Origin: Methanomassiliicoccales archaeon
GTDB lineage: Archaea > Thermoplasmatota > Thermoplasmata > Methanomassiliicoccales > UBA472
Length of the DNA: 64,000 nt
NCBI GenBank assembly: GCA_035506675.1
Contig: DATJOX010000059.1
Coordinates: 140,886 to 204,885, forward strand
Direction: 5' to 3'
Every line of letters starts with the position of its first letter. Position 1 is the stretch's first letter. Of the stretch, positions 25,095 through 33,523 are shown in pieces. Below the pieces are notes generated by a model that was given only the letters and a program-made list of their open reading frames with translations, was not told where the DNA came from and did no database searches. A program made the translations under genes and the position numbers.

Positions 25095-27512
25095 ATGAGA
25101 AAGCTGGTCATCTCGGAGAAGTCGAATGCCGCGGCGCGGATCGCTTACATTCTGTCGCGAGGGAATTCGAAATCCTCGAGGCAGAGCGGCGTTCAAGTCT
25201 TCACATTCTCCTCTGGCGACGATGAGTATGCAGTAGTCGGGTTGCGAGGGCACATCCTCGAGCTGGACTATCCTCACGCGCTCAACGACTGGGAGAAGAC
25301 GCCGCCGAAGGAACTCGTCTACGCGGATCCCGAGAAGCGCGTCACCGCGCGTAACATCGTGACCGTTCTGCAGGAACTCTCCCGACAATCGGACGAGATC
25401 ATCATCGCCACCGACTTCGATCGCGAGGGGGAACTCATCGGCCTCGAGACGGTCGAGCTACTGGACAAGGAAGGGCCGAATGTCAAGCGCTCTCGATTCA
25501 GCGCGCTGACCAGGGCGGAGATCGAGAACGCCTTCGCGAACCTCACCCATCCCGATGAACGGCTTGCAGAGTCCGCTGAATGCAGGCAGATCATCGACCT
25601 TGCCTGGGGAGCGGCCCTGACCAGATTCATCTCGCTGGCATCCGGGCAGGTGGGGAGCAATTTCCTTTCGGTCGGACGGGTGCAGAGCCCTACCCTCTCA
25701 CTCATCGTCGACCGCCACCTTGAGATCGCTAACTTCGTTCCGAAGCCGTTCTGGAACGTAAAGGCAAAGCTCGAGAAGGGAGCCGAATTCGTCGCCGAGC
25801 ATGCCTCCAATCCTTTCTGGGAGGAGGAGAAGGCGAAGAGCGTTCTGCAGGCATGCTCGAATGCCACGACTGGCAAGGTGAAGGAGTTCGAGGCGACGAC
25901 CAAGGACGAATACCCACCGGCCCCGTTCAACACCACGACTATGCTCGCAGAAGCGGTCCGCATGGGGATGTCCGCAAGCCTCGCAATGAAGATCGCTGAG
26001 GACCTCTACACCTCCGGCTACATCTCGTATCCGAGGACGGACAACACCGTCTACCCTCGTTCTCTTGGCCTTCGCGGGGTTCTGGAGAAACTTCGGGAAT
26101 CGGACTTCAGGAGCGAGGCGGAGGAACTGCTCGCGCAGGAACAGATCCGGCCATCCCGTGGAAGAGTGGAGACGACGGACCATCCACCCATCTACCCGAC
26201 CGAAGGGGCGACGGAGAAGCAGCTGAAGGGTGAGAAGTGGAGGCTGTACGAATTGGTAGTGCGGCGCTTCCTTGCGACCGTGGCGCCAAGCGGGAAGGCC
26301 GAGCTGAAGAACGCCAGCATCGACGTCAATGAGCAAACATTCAGAGCGAAAGGGTACCGCGTTGTGAGTCCCGGCTGGAGGAAGTACTACCCCTACATCC
26401 GCGCGTACGAGACGACGCTGCCCGACCTGAACGTCGGCGAGGATGTGCGCGTTCTCGGCGTATCGTCGGACCGCTTAGAGACCCAGCCGCCCCGCCGCTA
26501 CACGCAAGGGACGCTGATCCAGGAGATGGAGAAGCTCGGCCTCGGCACCAAGAGCACGAGGCACGAGATCGTGCAGAAACTTTACGACCGAAAGTACGCG
26601 ATCGGGAACGACCTGGTGCCCACGCTGACGGGGATAGCGGTCGCGGGCGCGCTCGAACGCCATGCCAAGGCGATCACCGAGAGCAAGATGACCGCGCACC
26701 TCGAGGAGGACATGGAGGAGATCGCCGACGGCAAGGCCTTCCTCGCTGAAGTGGTTCGCGAGTCGCAGGACATGCTCTCCGACGTCATCGATACCCTGAC
26801 GAAGCACCGGGAGCAGGTGGGTCAGGAGATCCGAGACGCCCTGATGGCACAGAGCTACATTGGGATCTGCCCAGCGTGCAAAGGCGAGCTACGCGTTCGG
26901 CGATCACGCAAGGGCGAGTTCATCAGCTGCTCGAACTACCCTGAATGCAAGCAGGCGTATCCAAAACCGAAAGGGGCGAAGGTGGAGGCGACCGAGCTCG
27001 TCTGCGAGGTCTGCTCCACGCCCAAGGTCAAGGTGATTCGGCGTGGCGTCCCGCCCGCGATCGTCTGCCTAAACCCGGACTGCGAATCGAACAGACACCT
27101 CTCCGATATGGGAATCTGCCCGGAGTGTGGTTCGAATTTGCGCCTGCTGTACTCTCGCGCCGGAAAGAGATTCCTAGGCTGCACGGCGTATCCCAACTGC
27201 AAGCGCACCTACCCCCTCCCGCAGTACGGCGAAATCCGACCGACCGGAGAGAAGTGCGAATACTGCTCCGCGCCTCTTATGATCACATCTCACAAGGGGA
27301 GGCCGTGGCGGTTCTGCGTGAACATCGAGTGCCCGCGCAAGACCAAGAACGGCAAGAAGAAGGCGAAGCAAAAGGGAGAGAAGGCGGAGAAGAAGGTCGT
27401 GAAGAAGAAGACGAAGAAGTCCACATCAACCGCCAAGGCGAAACCGAAGACGACCGCATCTCGAGCCAAGAAGCCCGTAAAGAAGGCCGCCAAGAAGTTG
27501 ACCGCGGCCTAA
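25095..27512 (+). CDS. topA: DNA topoisomerase I (type IA) with C-terminal zinc ribbons and a lysine-rich tail
   Basis: 805 aa. TOPRIM (LVISEKSNAA...IIATDFDREGE), a type IA core with the active-site region ISYPRTDN, four CxxC...CxxC ribbons, and a terminal KKKAKQKGEKAEKKVVKKKTKK... tail. Confidence 0.92.
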   Translation: MRKLVISEKSNAAARIAYILSRGNSKSSRQSGVQVFTFSSGDDEYAVVGLRGHILELDYPHALNDWEKTPPKELVYADPEKRVTARNIVTVLQELSRQSDEIIIATDFDREGELIGLETVELLDKEGPNVKRSRFSALTRAEIENAFANLTHPDERLAESAECRQIIDLAWGAALTRFISLASGQVGSNFLSVGRVQSPTLSLIVDRHLEIANFVPKPFWNVKAKLEKGAEFVAEHASNPFWEEEKAKSVLQACSNATTGKVKEFEATTKDEYPPAPFNTTTMLAEAVRMGMSASLAMKIAEDLYTSGYISYPRTDNTVYPRSLGLRGVLEKLRESDFRSEAEELLAQEQIRPSRGRVETTDHPPIYPTEGATEKQLKGEKWRLYELVVRRFLATVAPSGKAELKNASIDVNEQTFRAKGYRVVSPGWRKYYPYIRAYETTLPDLNVGEDVRVLGVSSDRLETQPPRRYTQGTLIQEMEKLGLGTKSTRHEIVQKLYDRKYAIGNDLVPTLTGIAVAGALERHAKAITESKMTAHLEEDMEEIADGKAFLAEVVRESQDMLSDVIDTLTKHREQVGQEIRDALMAQSYIGICPACKGELRVRRSRKGEFISCSNYPECKQAYPKPKGAKVEATELVCEVCSTPKVKVIRRGVPPAIVCLNPDCESNRHLSDMGICPECGSNLRLLYSRAGKRFLGCTAYPNCKRTYPLPQYGEIRPTGEKCEYCSAPLMITSHKGRPWRFCVNIECPRKTKNGKKKAKQKGEKAEKKVVKKKTKKSTSTAKAKPKTTASRAKKPVKKAAKKLTAA

Positions 27513-27949
27513 TGATGATGCTCGTGGTCGTGCTCGTGATCGGCTTCGCAGGCGTGCGACGGATCGATGTCCTCTAGCTTCGCTTTGCCACCATGCTTCG
27601 ATGCGACGTTCTCAGCCACGTCGTGAACGATGTCCTCGACCCTTGCCCTGTCCAGGCCGTAGATCAGCACATTGAGGATGACGCTGAGGTGACGAGACCC
27701 GTCCGACAGCTCTCCCCGGCACGCCGCATCCGCCTTCTCGTCAACGACGCTGCAGGCGATGTACTTCCCGTCCTCGACCTCCGCGATGCATTTGATGTGC
27801 CCGATGAGTCGAGTGCCCGCTGCGATACATTCCTTCGCGACCTGTGAAACGGTTTCGGAGACGACCGCCTTCATCTGAACGCCGCTCTTGGCCTTCGGGA
27901 ACTCGATGGCGAGTTTTCCTGCGAACGCCGTGAAATCCTCAGTGATCAT
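27509..27949 (-). CDS. CobW_C-like domain protein with a His-rich tail (C-terminal half of a split COG0523 protein)
   Basis: 146 aa. GHIKCIAEVEDGKYIACSVV...SVILNVLIYGLDRARVEDIV resembles the CobW C-domain pattern. It ends ...ADHEHDHEHHH. Its start overlaps the upstream G-domain gene. Confidence 0.55.
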   Translation of the reverse strand: MITEDFTAFAGKLAIEFPKAKSGVQMKAVVSETVSQVAKECIAAGTRLIGHIKCIAEVEDGKYIACSVVDEKADAACRGELSDGSRHLSVILNVLIYGLDRARVEDIVHDVAENVASKHGGKAKLEDIDPSHACEADHEHDHEHHH

Positions 27950-28542
27950 CAGCTCACCAACGCTTCGACGACCTGCTCGAGATTGGTCCCGTTCGTTGCG
28001 GACGCGCGGATGACCTTAGTGGCCAATCCCAAGTCCCGGACGCTCTTCTCGACGTCTTTGAGCGCTTGCTCGTCCACCCCGTCCATCTTGTTCACAATGA
28101 TGACGTCGGCGGCCTTGAGCTGGTTGAGCAGGGGTCGATTGAGCGCCTTCAGGATCACCGGGAATCTCACGGCGTCCAGAATAATCGCGATCCTGGTCAT
28201 CCCGATCGGCCCTTGATACAGCTTCAGCGTATCGTAGATCGCGATCGGGTCCGCCACGCCAGTTGGCTCGATGATCACTAGGTCGGGGTTGAAGGAAGCC
28301 TGCACGTTGTTCAAGGTCGCCAAGAGGTCCGAGCCGAGTGTGCAGCAAATGCAACCGCTCGGCATCTCTCTCACTTTCAGCCCGTACTTCTCCATGACCT
28401 TCCCATCGATCCCGATCTGGCCGAAATCGTTCACGATGACCACGACCTTCTTGTGCTTCCTCTTGATGATCTCGTCGATGGTGGAGAGGATCATTGTCGT
28501 CTTGCCAGAACCTAGGAATCCCGAGATGAGCAGTAAGTCCAT
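27949..28542 (-). CDS. COG0523/CobW-family G3E GTPase, G-domain only
   Basis: 197 aa. P-loop GFLGSGKTT, CxCC metal motif (GCICC), NKxD (VNKMD). It lacks its own C-terminal domain. Confidence 0.85.
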   Translation of the reverse strand: MDLLLISGFLGSGKTTMILSTIDEIIKRKHKKVVVIVNDFGQIGIDGKVMEKYGLKVREMPSGCICCTLGSDLLATLNNVQASFNPDLVIIEPTGVADPIAIYDTLKLYQGPIGMTRIAIILDAVRFPVILKALNRPLLNQLKAADVIIVNKMDGVDEQALKDVEKSVRDLGLATKVIRASATNGTNLEQVVEALVS

Positions 28543-28657
28543 TCGCGCGCACCCTCGCTTGCTTGTAGCTTTCTGATAAAACGGACCCTATTTAAATCTA
28601 GGTCATGGAATGGATGAGATTTCGAGAATAAGCTGCATCCGCATTGGCTAGGCAGCG

Positions 28658-29011
28658 TCACTGGATGGTCTGATCAGCCTCTTCCAGCTCGAGGCCGAGG
28701 AATTGGGCGTTGAGTTCCTCCATCTCGTGTGAGATGCGTTCGTTGCGGCACGCGCGGCACTCCACCACCTTACCAAGCGACCTCTTCCTCGACGCCATCG
28801 CTGAATCGAAGTCTGCGATCGCACCGCAAGAGCACAAGATCTTCCTTCTCGGAGTGTCCCCGAACATCGCTCCCACCCAGGCGGCTCGGCTGACGTCTGC
28901 GCGCATCGGGAGGGAGACGACAAGACATGCTTGCTCGTTCACGCCCGTGGACTTCTCCGCCACCGAGCGCTCGTGAACGAGCGCGAGAGCATCCGCTATT
29001 TGTTGGTTCAT
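28658..29011 (-). CDS. Hypothetical Cys-containing protein
   Basis: 117-aa ORF with an ATG start. CSC...CRAC residues. No family recognised. Confidence 0.4.
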   Translation of the reverse strand: MNQQIADALALVHERSVAEKSTGVNEQACLVVSLPMRADVSRAAWVGAMFGDTPRRKILCSCGAIADFDSAMASRKRSLGKVVECRACRNERISHEMEELNAQFLGLELEEADQTIQ

Positions 29012-29272
29012 GTCTATTCCTCTCCCCCAAACCGGATAAGATGCAAAGCCAGTCTATGTGTCTCGCGCCGCTCCGTAGAGCCAGCGCGATAGGCGACGCT
29101 TGCGCATTTCTCCGAGCAAAAAGCAATAACAGGACCTGCGCACTTAAACATTTCGCCCCTGTTTTTGAGCGCATCCAGACTGTCTGACGAACAGCGTCCG
29201 ACGAGGGTCGGACCGATGGCCCATTTCGATGCATTGCGGCATCGTCTTCCTTACGCCCGAGGACCGAGAACA

Positions 29273-29280
29273 TTTATTAT
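29273..29280 (+). promoter_or_regulatory. TATA-like box (TTTATTAT) about 28 nt upstream of the ATG at 29305
   Basis: An A/T octamer with spacing consistent with the other promoters in the window. Confidence 0.4.
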
Positions 29281-29304
29281 GTCGCAGGTAGGAATCCCGA
29301 GACC

Positions 29305-29535
29305 ATGAAAACCTTCACCAGAGAGGAGCTGGCCAAGTACAATGGCAAGAACGGCATGCCTGCATACATCGCCCACGAGGGCAAGGTCTACGATGCCACT
29401 GGCAGCTCTCTTTGGGAGATGGGCGAGCATCAGGGAATGCACGTCGCTGGCCAGGATCTCACCAAGGATGTCCTGGACGCGCCTCACGAAGAGGATGTCC
29501 TCACGCGCCTTCCACTGGTCGGCGATCTCGTCTAA
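29305..29535 (+). CDS. Cytochrome b5-like heme/steroid-binding domain protein
   Basis: 76 aa. FTREELAKYNGKNGMPAYIAHEGKVYDAT matches the Cyt-b5/MAPR-type small-protein signature. Confidence 0.7.
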   Translation: MKTFTREELAKYNGKNGMPAYIAHEGKVYDATGSSLWEMGEHQGMHVAGQDLTKDVLDAPHEEDVLTRLPLVGDLV

Positions 29536-29593
29536 ATGCTGAGAATCATTCCGTCGCAAAGTCTATCTCAGACGCGCACGTAGAATCATCCGA

Positions 29594-30091
29594 ATGTCCA
29601 AGGATCGCACGCTGCGCTTCCTGGACCCGCGCCGGGAGCGGCTCTACCGCAAGCTGGATAGGGTCATGGGCAGGATCGACGAGGGGGACCTGCCGATGCA
29701 CGTCAAGGAGGTGCACCTGTTCGGCAGCTTCCTTCGGGACAAGAAAAGCCCCACCGATATCGACATCCTCGTCATCTATGACTCAGACGCCACCCTCCAG
29801 ATGTACGAAGGCAAGAACAGAAGGGGACAGCCTCAGTGGCGTTTTTGGGAGGTGCGCCGGTCACCTGCGCGGTTGAGGGGTTGCTTGAAGAGCAACGCGG
29901 AGAAGTCGGTTGACATCAACATCTGCCCGTCGATGGAGGAGTTCCGTCGCGACCTTGCTTATGAGATGGACGTTTCCCTGCTCATCTGGACCCTGGGCGA
30001 TCGCGACTGGCACAACAAGTTGATCAGGCACTTCACTCAAGCGCGGCCAATTCCACTTGTACTGGTATCCCCTGCTTCACGCTCTGGCTGA
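29594..30091 (+). CDS. Nucleotidyltransferase-domain protein (Pol-beta/MNT-like)
   Basis: 165 aa. Minimal NTase motif HLFGSFLRDKKSPTDIDILVIYD. The 3' end overlaps the convergent OsmC gene by about 59 nt. No HEPN partner was seen. Confidence 0.6.
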   Translation: MSKDRTLRFLDPRRERLYRKLDRVMGRIDEGDLPMHVKEVHLFGSFLRDKKSPTDIDILVIYDSDATLQMYEGKNRRGQPQWRFWEVRRSPARLRGCLKSNAEKSVDINICPSMEEFRRDLAYEMDVSLLIWTLGDRDWHNKLIRHFTQARPIPLVLVSPASRSG

Positions 30092-30467
30092 CGATGCAGA
30101 AATCCTCGAAAATGTCGCGGCAGCGCTCGAGCTTCTTCGGGTCATCGAGCTTGTAGTTTAGCACGACGCGGATGCTCGTGATGCGCAGCCGACCGCGCTC
30201 GTTTCGTTCTAGCTTTGTCAGTACGTCTGCTTTCATCGCGCGTACCTCCGCCCTCGCCTTTCGCAGGCAGTAGGTGAGCGAGGCTGCCAAGCAGTTCCCC
30301 ACGGAAGCGGCCAGCACCAGGCCCGCGTTCGGGAACTCGCCGTCTCCCACAGGCTCGGGCTCATCCATCCAAAGTGACGGAAGCTCATCGCGGAAGGTCA
30401 CCTTGAACTGGTATCCTTCCATTAGCTCAATCCTCACACGGAAGTCCTGCTCCTCGATCTCCGCCAT
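30033..30467 (-). CDS. OsmC/Ohr-family peroxiredoxin-like protein
   Basis: 144 aa. OsmC pattern (LVLAASVGNCLAASLTYCLRKA ... FCIVSQSV). Confidence 0.8.
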   Translation of the reverse strand: MAEIEEQDFRVRIELMEGYQFKVTFRDELPSLWMDEPEPVGDGEFPNAGLVLAASVGNCLAASLTYCLRKARAEVRAMKADVLTKLERNERGRLRITSIRVVLNYKLDDPKKLERCRDIFEDFCIVSQSVKQGIPVQVELAALE

Positions 30468-30469
30468 GC

Positions 30470-30856
30470 CTAATCCTCCACAATGCCCAACTGCTCGATC
30501 ACGGATGCCCGGATCTCCTTCTCGCTGCGAGGGAGCTTGAGACGCCTACCGTTGCGCATCAGCTCTATGAGAGCGGGCTCCATTTTTTCTCCGCATCCGC
30601 AGAGGGGAACCTCGGAGTCGGAGAGAGCGACTTCGAACTCCAGATAGTTCCGGCAACGGAACAGGTGCTTGCGAGCGCTGAACTTCCCCCTCTTGCCTAC
30701 TGGCATGCCGTCCTTCTCCCCGATGTCCATCGCGAAATCGATTGTCGGCGCGTTCGAGAGGCATGTCTCCATTCCGAACCAATCCACGCCCAAGTCGGTG
30801 GTGCCCCCTGCCAGTATCTCTTCGTCCGAGGCGGTGAAGAAACGTTTCAATCTCAT
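30470..30856 (-). CDS. Small protein with NAPRTase-like termini only (possible internally deleted nicotinate phosphoribosyltransferase)
   Basis: 128 aa. The N-terminus FTASDEEILAGGTTD and the C-terminal DFAMDIGE..G.PVGKRGKFSARKHLFRC...CGCGEKMEPALIELMRNG resemble, from memory, the two ends of ~390-aa archaeal NAPRTases. The central barrel is absent. Its start overlaps the eno stop by 4 nt. Confidence 0.45.
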   Translation of the reverse strand: MRLKRFFTASDEEILAGGTTDLGVDWFGMETCLSNAPTIDFAMDIGEKDGMPVGKRGKFSARKHLFRCRNYLEFEVALSDSEVPLCGCGEKMEPALIELMRNGRRLKLPRSEKEIRASVIEQLGIVED

Positions 30857-32139
30857 TCCACCCGTGGCTTCCGATAGAGCGCAAGTCCCGGGAACCTCGC
30901 TTTGTCGCCGAGGATCTCCTCGATGCGCAGCAGGCGATTGTACTTCGCTGTCCTCTCGCCTCTGGCCGGCGCGCCGGTCTTGATCTGACCGCCGCCCATC
31001 GCGACAGCGATATCGGCGATGGACGTGTCCTCGGTCTCGCCGGAACGGTGGCTGACGACAATGCCATACCCAGAATTCGTCGATATCTCAGCGGCCTCGA
31101 ACGCCTCCGTCACCGTGCCGATCTGATTGACCTTGATGAGCGTGGCGTTGCCCGCCTTGAGGCCGATCGCTTTCTTGATGCGCTCTGGATTCGTGACGAA
31201 CATGTCATCGCCTATCAGCTGCATCCTCTTGCCCATGCGCATAGTCATGAGGGACATCTGGTCGAAGGCATCCTCACTCACTGGGTCCTCGATGCTCACG
31301 AGTGGGTAGTCGCGCTTGAGGGCGGAGTAGAAATCGAGCAGCTCTTGCGGCCCGATGCGGCGACTGTCGATCGCGTAGACGCCGCGGTCGCAGAACTCCG
31401 AGGCGGCGCAGTCCAAGGCGAGGAATGCTTCCTTGCCCGGCTCGTATCCCGCCTTCTCGATCGCTTTCACGATCATGTCCATCGCCTGCCTGGTGTTGGT
31501 GAAGGGGGGAGCGAAGCCGCCCTCGTCGCCGACGTTGATTGCCGAAGGCCCATAGGTCTCTTTGAGTAGGGTCCTCAAGCTCTGGTAGATCTCAGCTCCC
31601 ATCCGGAGCGCCTCGGAGAACGAGGGCGCTCCCGCGGGCACGACCATGAACTCCTGGATCTTGAGGTCGGTGCCAGCGTGCTTGCCGCCGTTGATGATGT
31701 TCATCATCGGGACAGGAAGAAGATCGCTGCTAGGCTTGAGGTGCTCGAAAAGCTCGACCCCCTCGGCCATCGCGCCCGCCTTGGCGACCGCTAGAGATAC
31801 GGCAGTGGTCGCGTTCCCGCCCAGCTTGCCCTTGTTCGGGGTGCCATCGAGCTTGATCATCGCCTCGTCGACGGCTCTCTGGTCGGTGCAATCCATCCCT
31901 TTCAGCTTAGCAGAAATGAGCTTGTCGACGTTCTCCACCGCCTTCAGCACTCCCTTACCGCCGAAGCGCTTGCCCCCATCCCTCAGCTCCAAGACCTCGT
32001 GTGAACCCGTCGATGCTCCGGAGGGCGCGATGGCGCCCGCCCGGAACGACGATGTCTCCACGATCGCCTCAATCGTCGGGTTGCCCCTGCTGTCGAGAAC
32101 CTCCCTTGCTCGGACGCGAACGATCCTAGAATCTGCCAT
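30853..32139 (-). CDS. eno: Enolase (2-phosphoglycerate dehydratase)
   Basis: 428 aa. Canonical motifs (SRGNPT, GASTG, IKVNQIGT, SHRSGETED). Confidence 0.95.
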   Translation of the reverse strand: MADSRIVRVRAREVLDSRGNPTIEAIVETSSFRAGAIAPSGASTGSHEVLELRDGGKRFGGKGVLKAVENVDKLISAKLKGMDCTDQRAVDEAMIKLDGTPNKGKLGGNATTAVSLAVAKAGAMAEGVELFEHLKPSSDLLPVPMMNIINGGKHAGTDLKIQEFMVVPAGAPSFSEALRMGAEIYQSLRTLLKETYGPSAINVGDEGGFAPPFTNTRQAMDMIVKAIEKAGYEPGKEAFLALDCAASEFCDRGVYAIDSRRIGPQELLDFYSALKRDYPLVSIEDPVSEDAFDQMSLMTMRMGKRMQLIGDDMFVTNPERIKKAIGLKAGNATLIKVNQIGTVTEAFEAAEISTNSGYGIVVSHRSGETEDTSIADIAVAMGGGQIKTGAPARGERTAKYNRLLRIEEILGDKARFPGLALYRKPRVE

Positions 32140-32180
32140 TTCCCTTGACCCCCAGTCGGAACGCCAGGGAATCGACGCGC

Positions 32181-33146
32181 CTACCTAATAGGTTTCGCAG
32201 CCTGAGAGGGCATGTCGTCGATGACCTCCATGTTCCTTTCCAGGAGCGCCATCTGCCTGGTGTCGAGGGTCCTCGGGTCCACCGAGATGATCAGCCGCGA
32301 CTTGTACTCCATCGTCGCCTCCGCGACATGGTGGATCATGCGCAGCACCTTCTCGTAGTCGTTGTTGACGACGAGGAACTCGATGCCGTCGATGAGGACC
32401 ACGCTGTCCCCGCTCTTCTCTATGAACCTGATGATCGTGTCGGAGAGGATGCCGATGTTGGTCGGGTTGACATACACCTTGCCGACCTGATTGCTGAGCC
32501 AGATGATCGGAGTCTTCTCCAGCCCCCACTTCTTGCGCAGGACCTGCGGGTGCTCGCGCGTGATACAGAGGCCTTGGATGTTGTGCGTCACCTGATCGAC
32601 GAACATCTCGAAGGACTTCTCCGGCTTCAGCTCCTTCACGACATAGCCAAAGCCCTTCCGCAACTCGTACTTCATCGCCGTCTTGCGTGCTTTCTCCATG
32701 CCCGCGGGCGTCTCCTTCTTTGGCTTGAAGAGCTTCGAGAACAGCCCAGACTCTTTCGGCTGCTCGGGGGCTGGCTCCAAGGTGAGGGTCTCACCCGTCT
32801 CCAGGATCTCCTTGATCTTCAGTCCGAGCTCGTTGTTCTGGAAAGGCTTGCGGATGTATCCCGCCACGACGTCCTGCAGCCCGAAGATGTCGGTGCCGAT
32901 GTCGGTGTAGGCCGTGAGCATCATCACCTTGATCTTGTCCGTGAGGCCTTCTTGTTTGAGAGTCCGAAGAACGCTCCAGCCGTCGATATCAGGCATGTTG
33001 ATGTCGAGGAGGATCAGGTCCGGGTTCTCGCTCTTGGCCTTCTCGATCGCTTCCTTGCCGCCAGACGCGGTCACGGCCCGATAGCCCTGAGCGGAAACCA
33101 GCTCAGAAACGATGTCAAGCACATCGTGATTGTCGTCGACGATCAA
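32181..33146 (-). CDS. Response regulator receiver fused to a DUF835 domain
   Basis: 321 aa from a TTG start. REC (IVDDN...DLILLDINMPDIDG...MLTA). The C-terminal DUF835-like block is GLCITREHP...IIWLSN...VVLIDGIEFLV. Confidence 0.8.
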   Translation of the reverse strand: MIVDDNHDVLDIVSELVSAQGYRAVTASGGKEAIEKAKSENPDLILLDINMPDIDGWSVLRTLKQEGLTDKIKVMMLTAYTDIGTDIFGLQDVVAGYIRKPFQNNELGLKIKEILETGETLTLEPAPEQPKESGLFSKLFKPKKETPAGMEKARKTAMKYELRKGFGYVVKELKPEKSFEMFVDQVTHNIQGLCITREHPQVLRKKWGLEKTPIIWLSNQVGKVYVNPTNIGILSDTIIRFIEKSGDSVVLIDGIEFLVVNNDYEKVLRMIHHVAEATMEYKSRLIISVDPRTLDTRQMALLERNMEVIDDMPSQAAKPIR

Positions 33147-33294
33147 TACCGTCTTGATGCGGAAGCCTCCAGCGGTCCGGTGCCACTAAATCCGGTTGCT
33201 CCACTAAAAAGCTATCCACAAGGTGTGCGAACGGCGCAAGTCTCGTTTGAGCGATCAGAAACGGAACATGCGCCAGCGAGCGATGGTATGGCGC

Positions 33295-33444
33295 CTACGC
33301 CTTACGGGACTCCTTCGCCTTTGGGCGGAGGTTCGTGTAACCGCACTTGCGGCAGCGCGTGGCTTTCGCGGCGTTCCTCGCGTAGCAGTTCATGCAAATC
33401 ATCTTGTTGAGGAGCCTCGCGTCCGCCTCTTTGAACCTTGCCAT
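33295..33444 (-). CDS. rpl40e: Ribosomal protein L40e
   Basis: 49 aa, [45 protein letters not shown], with a C4 zinc ribbon. The track ORF is longer, but the internal ATG at 33444 fits the family length. Confidence 0.85.
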   Translation of the reverse strand: MARFKEADARLLNKMICMNCYARNAAKATRCRKCGYTNLRPKAKESRKA

Positions 33445-33523
33445 CGTATCACTCTGCCGTGGAAACAAGGAGGGACTATAAATATATTGGCCAACTGCGA
33501 AGCATCGAATCGCAATCTGGACC

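Noticed and set aside
32145-33410. A 421-aa plus-strand ORF antisense to the receiver-DUF835 gene. Many similar long antisense ORFs occur, for example 49398-50600, 11017-11838, 12836-13684, 35966-36751, 43888-44703, 54056-55075, 62034-62963, 21258-22151 and 40773-41447.
   Set aside because: Each lies opposite a gene with strong family motifs. Their translations are Arg/Gly/His/Asp/Pro-rich low-complexity sequence with no recognisable motif. Such shadow ORFs are expected in ~60-65% GC DNA because stop codons are rare.
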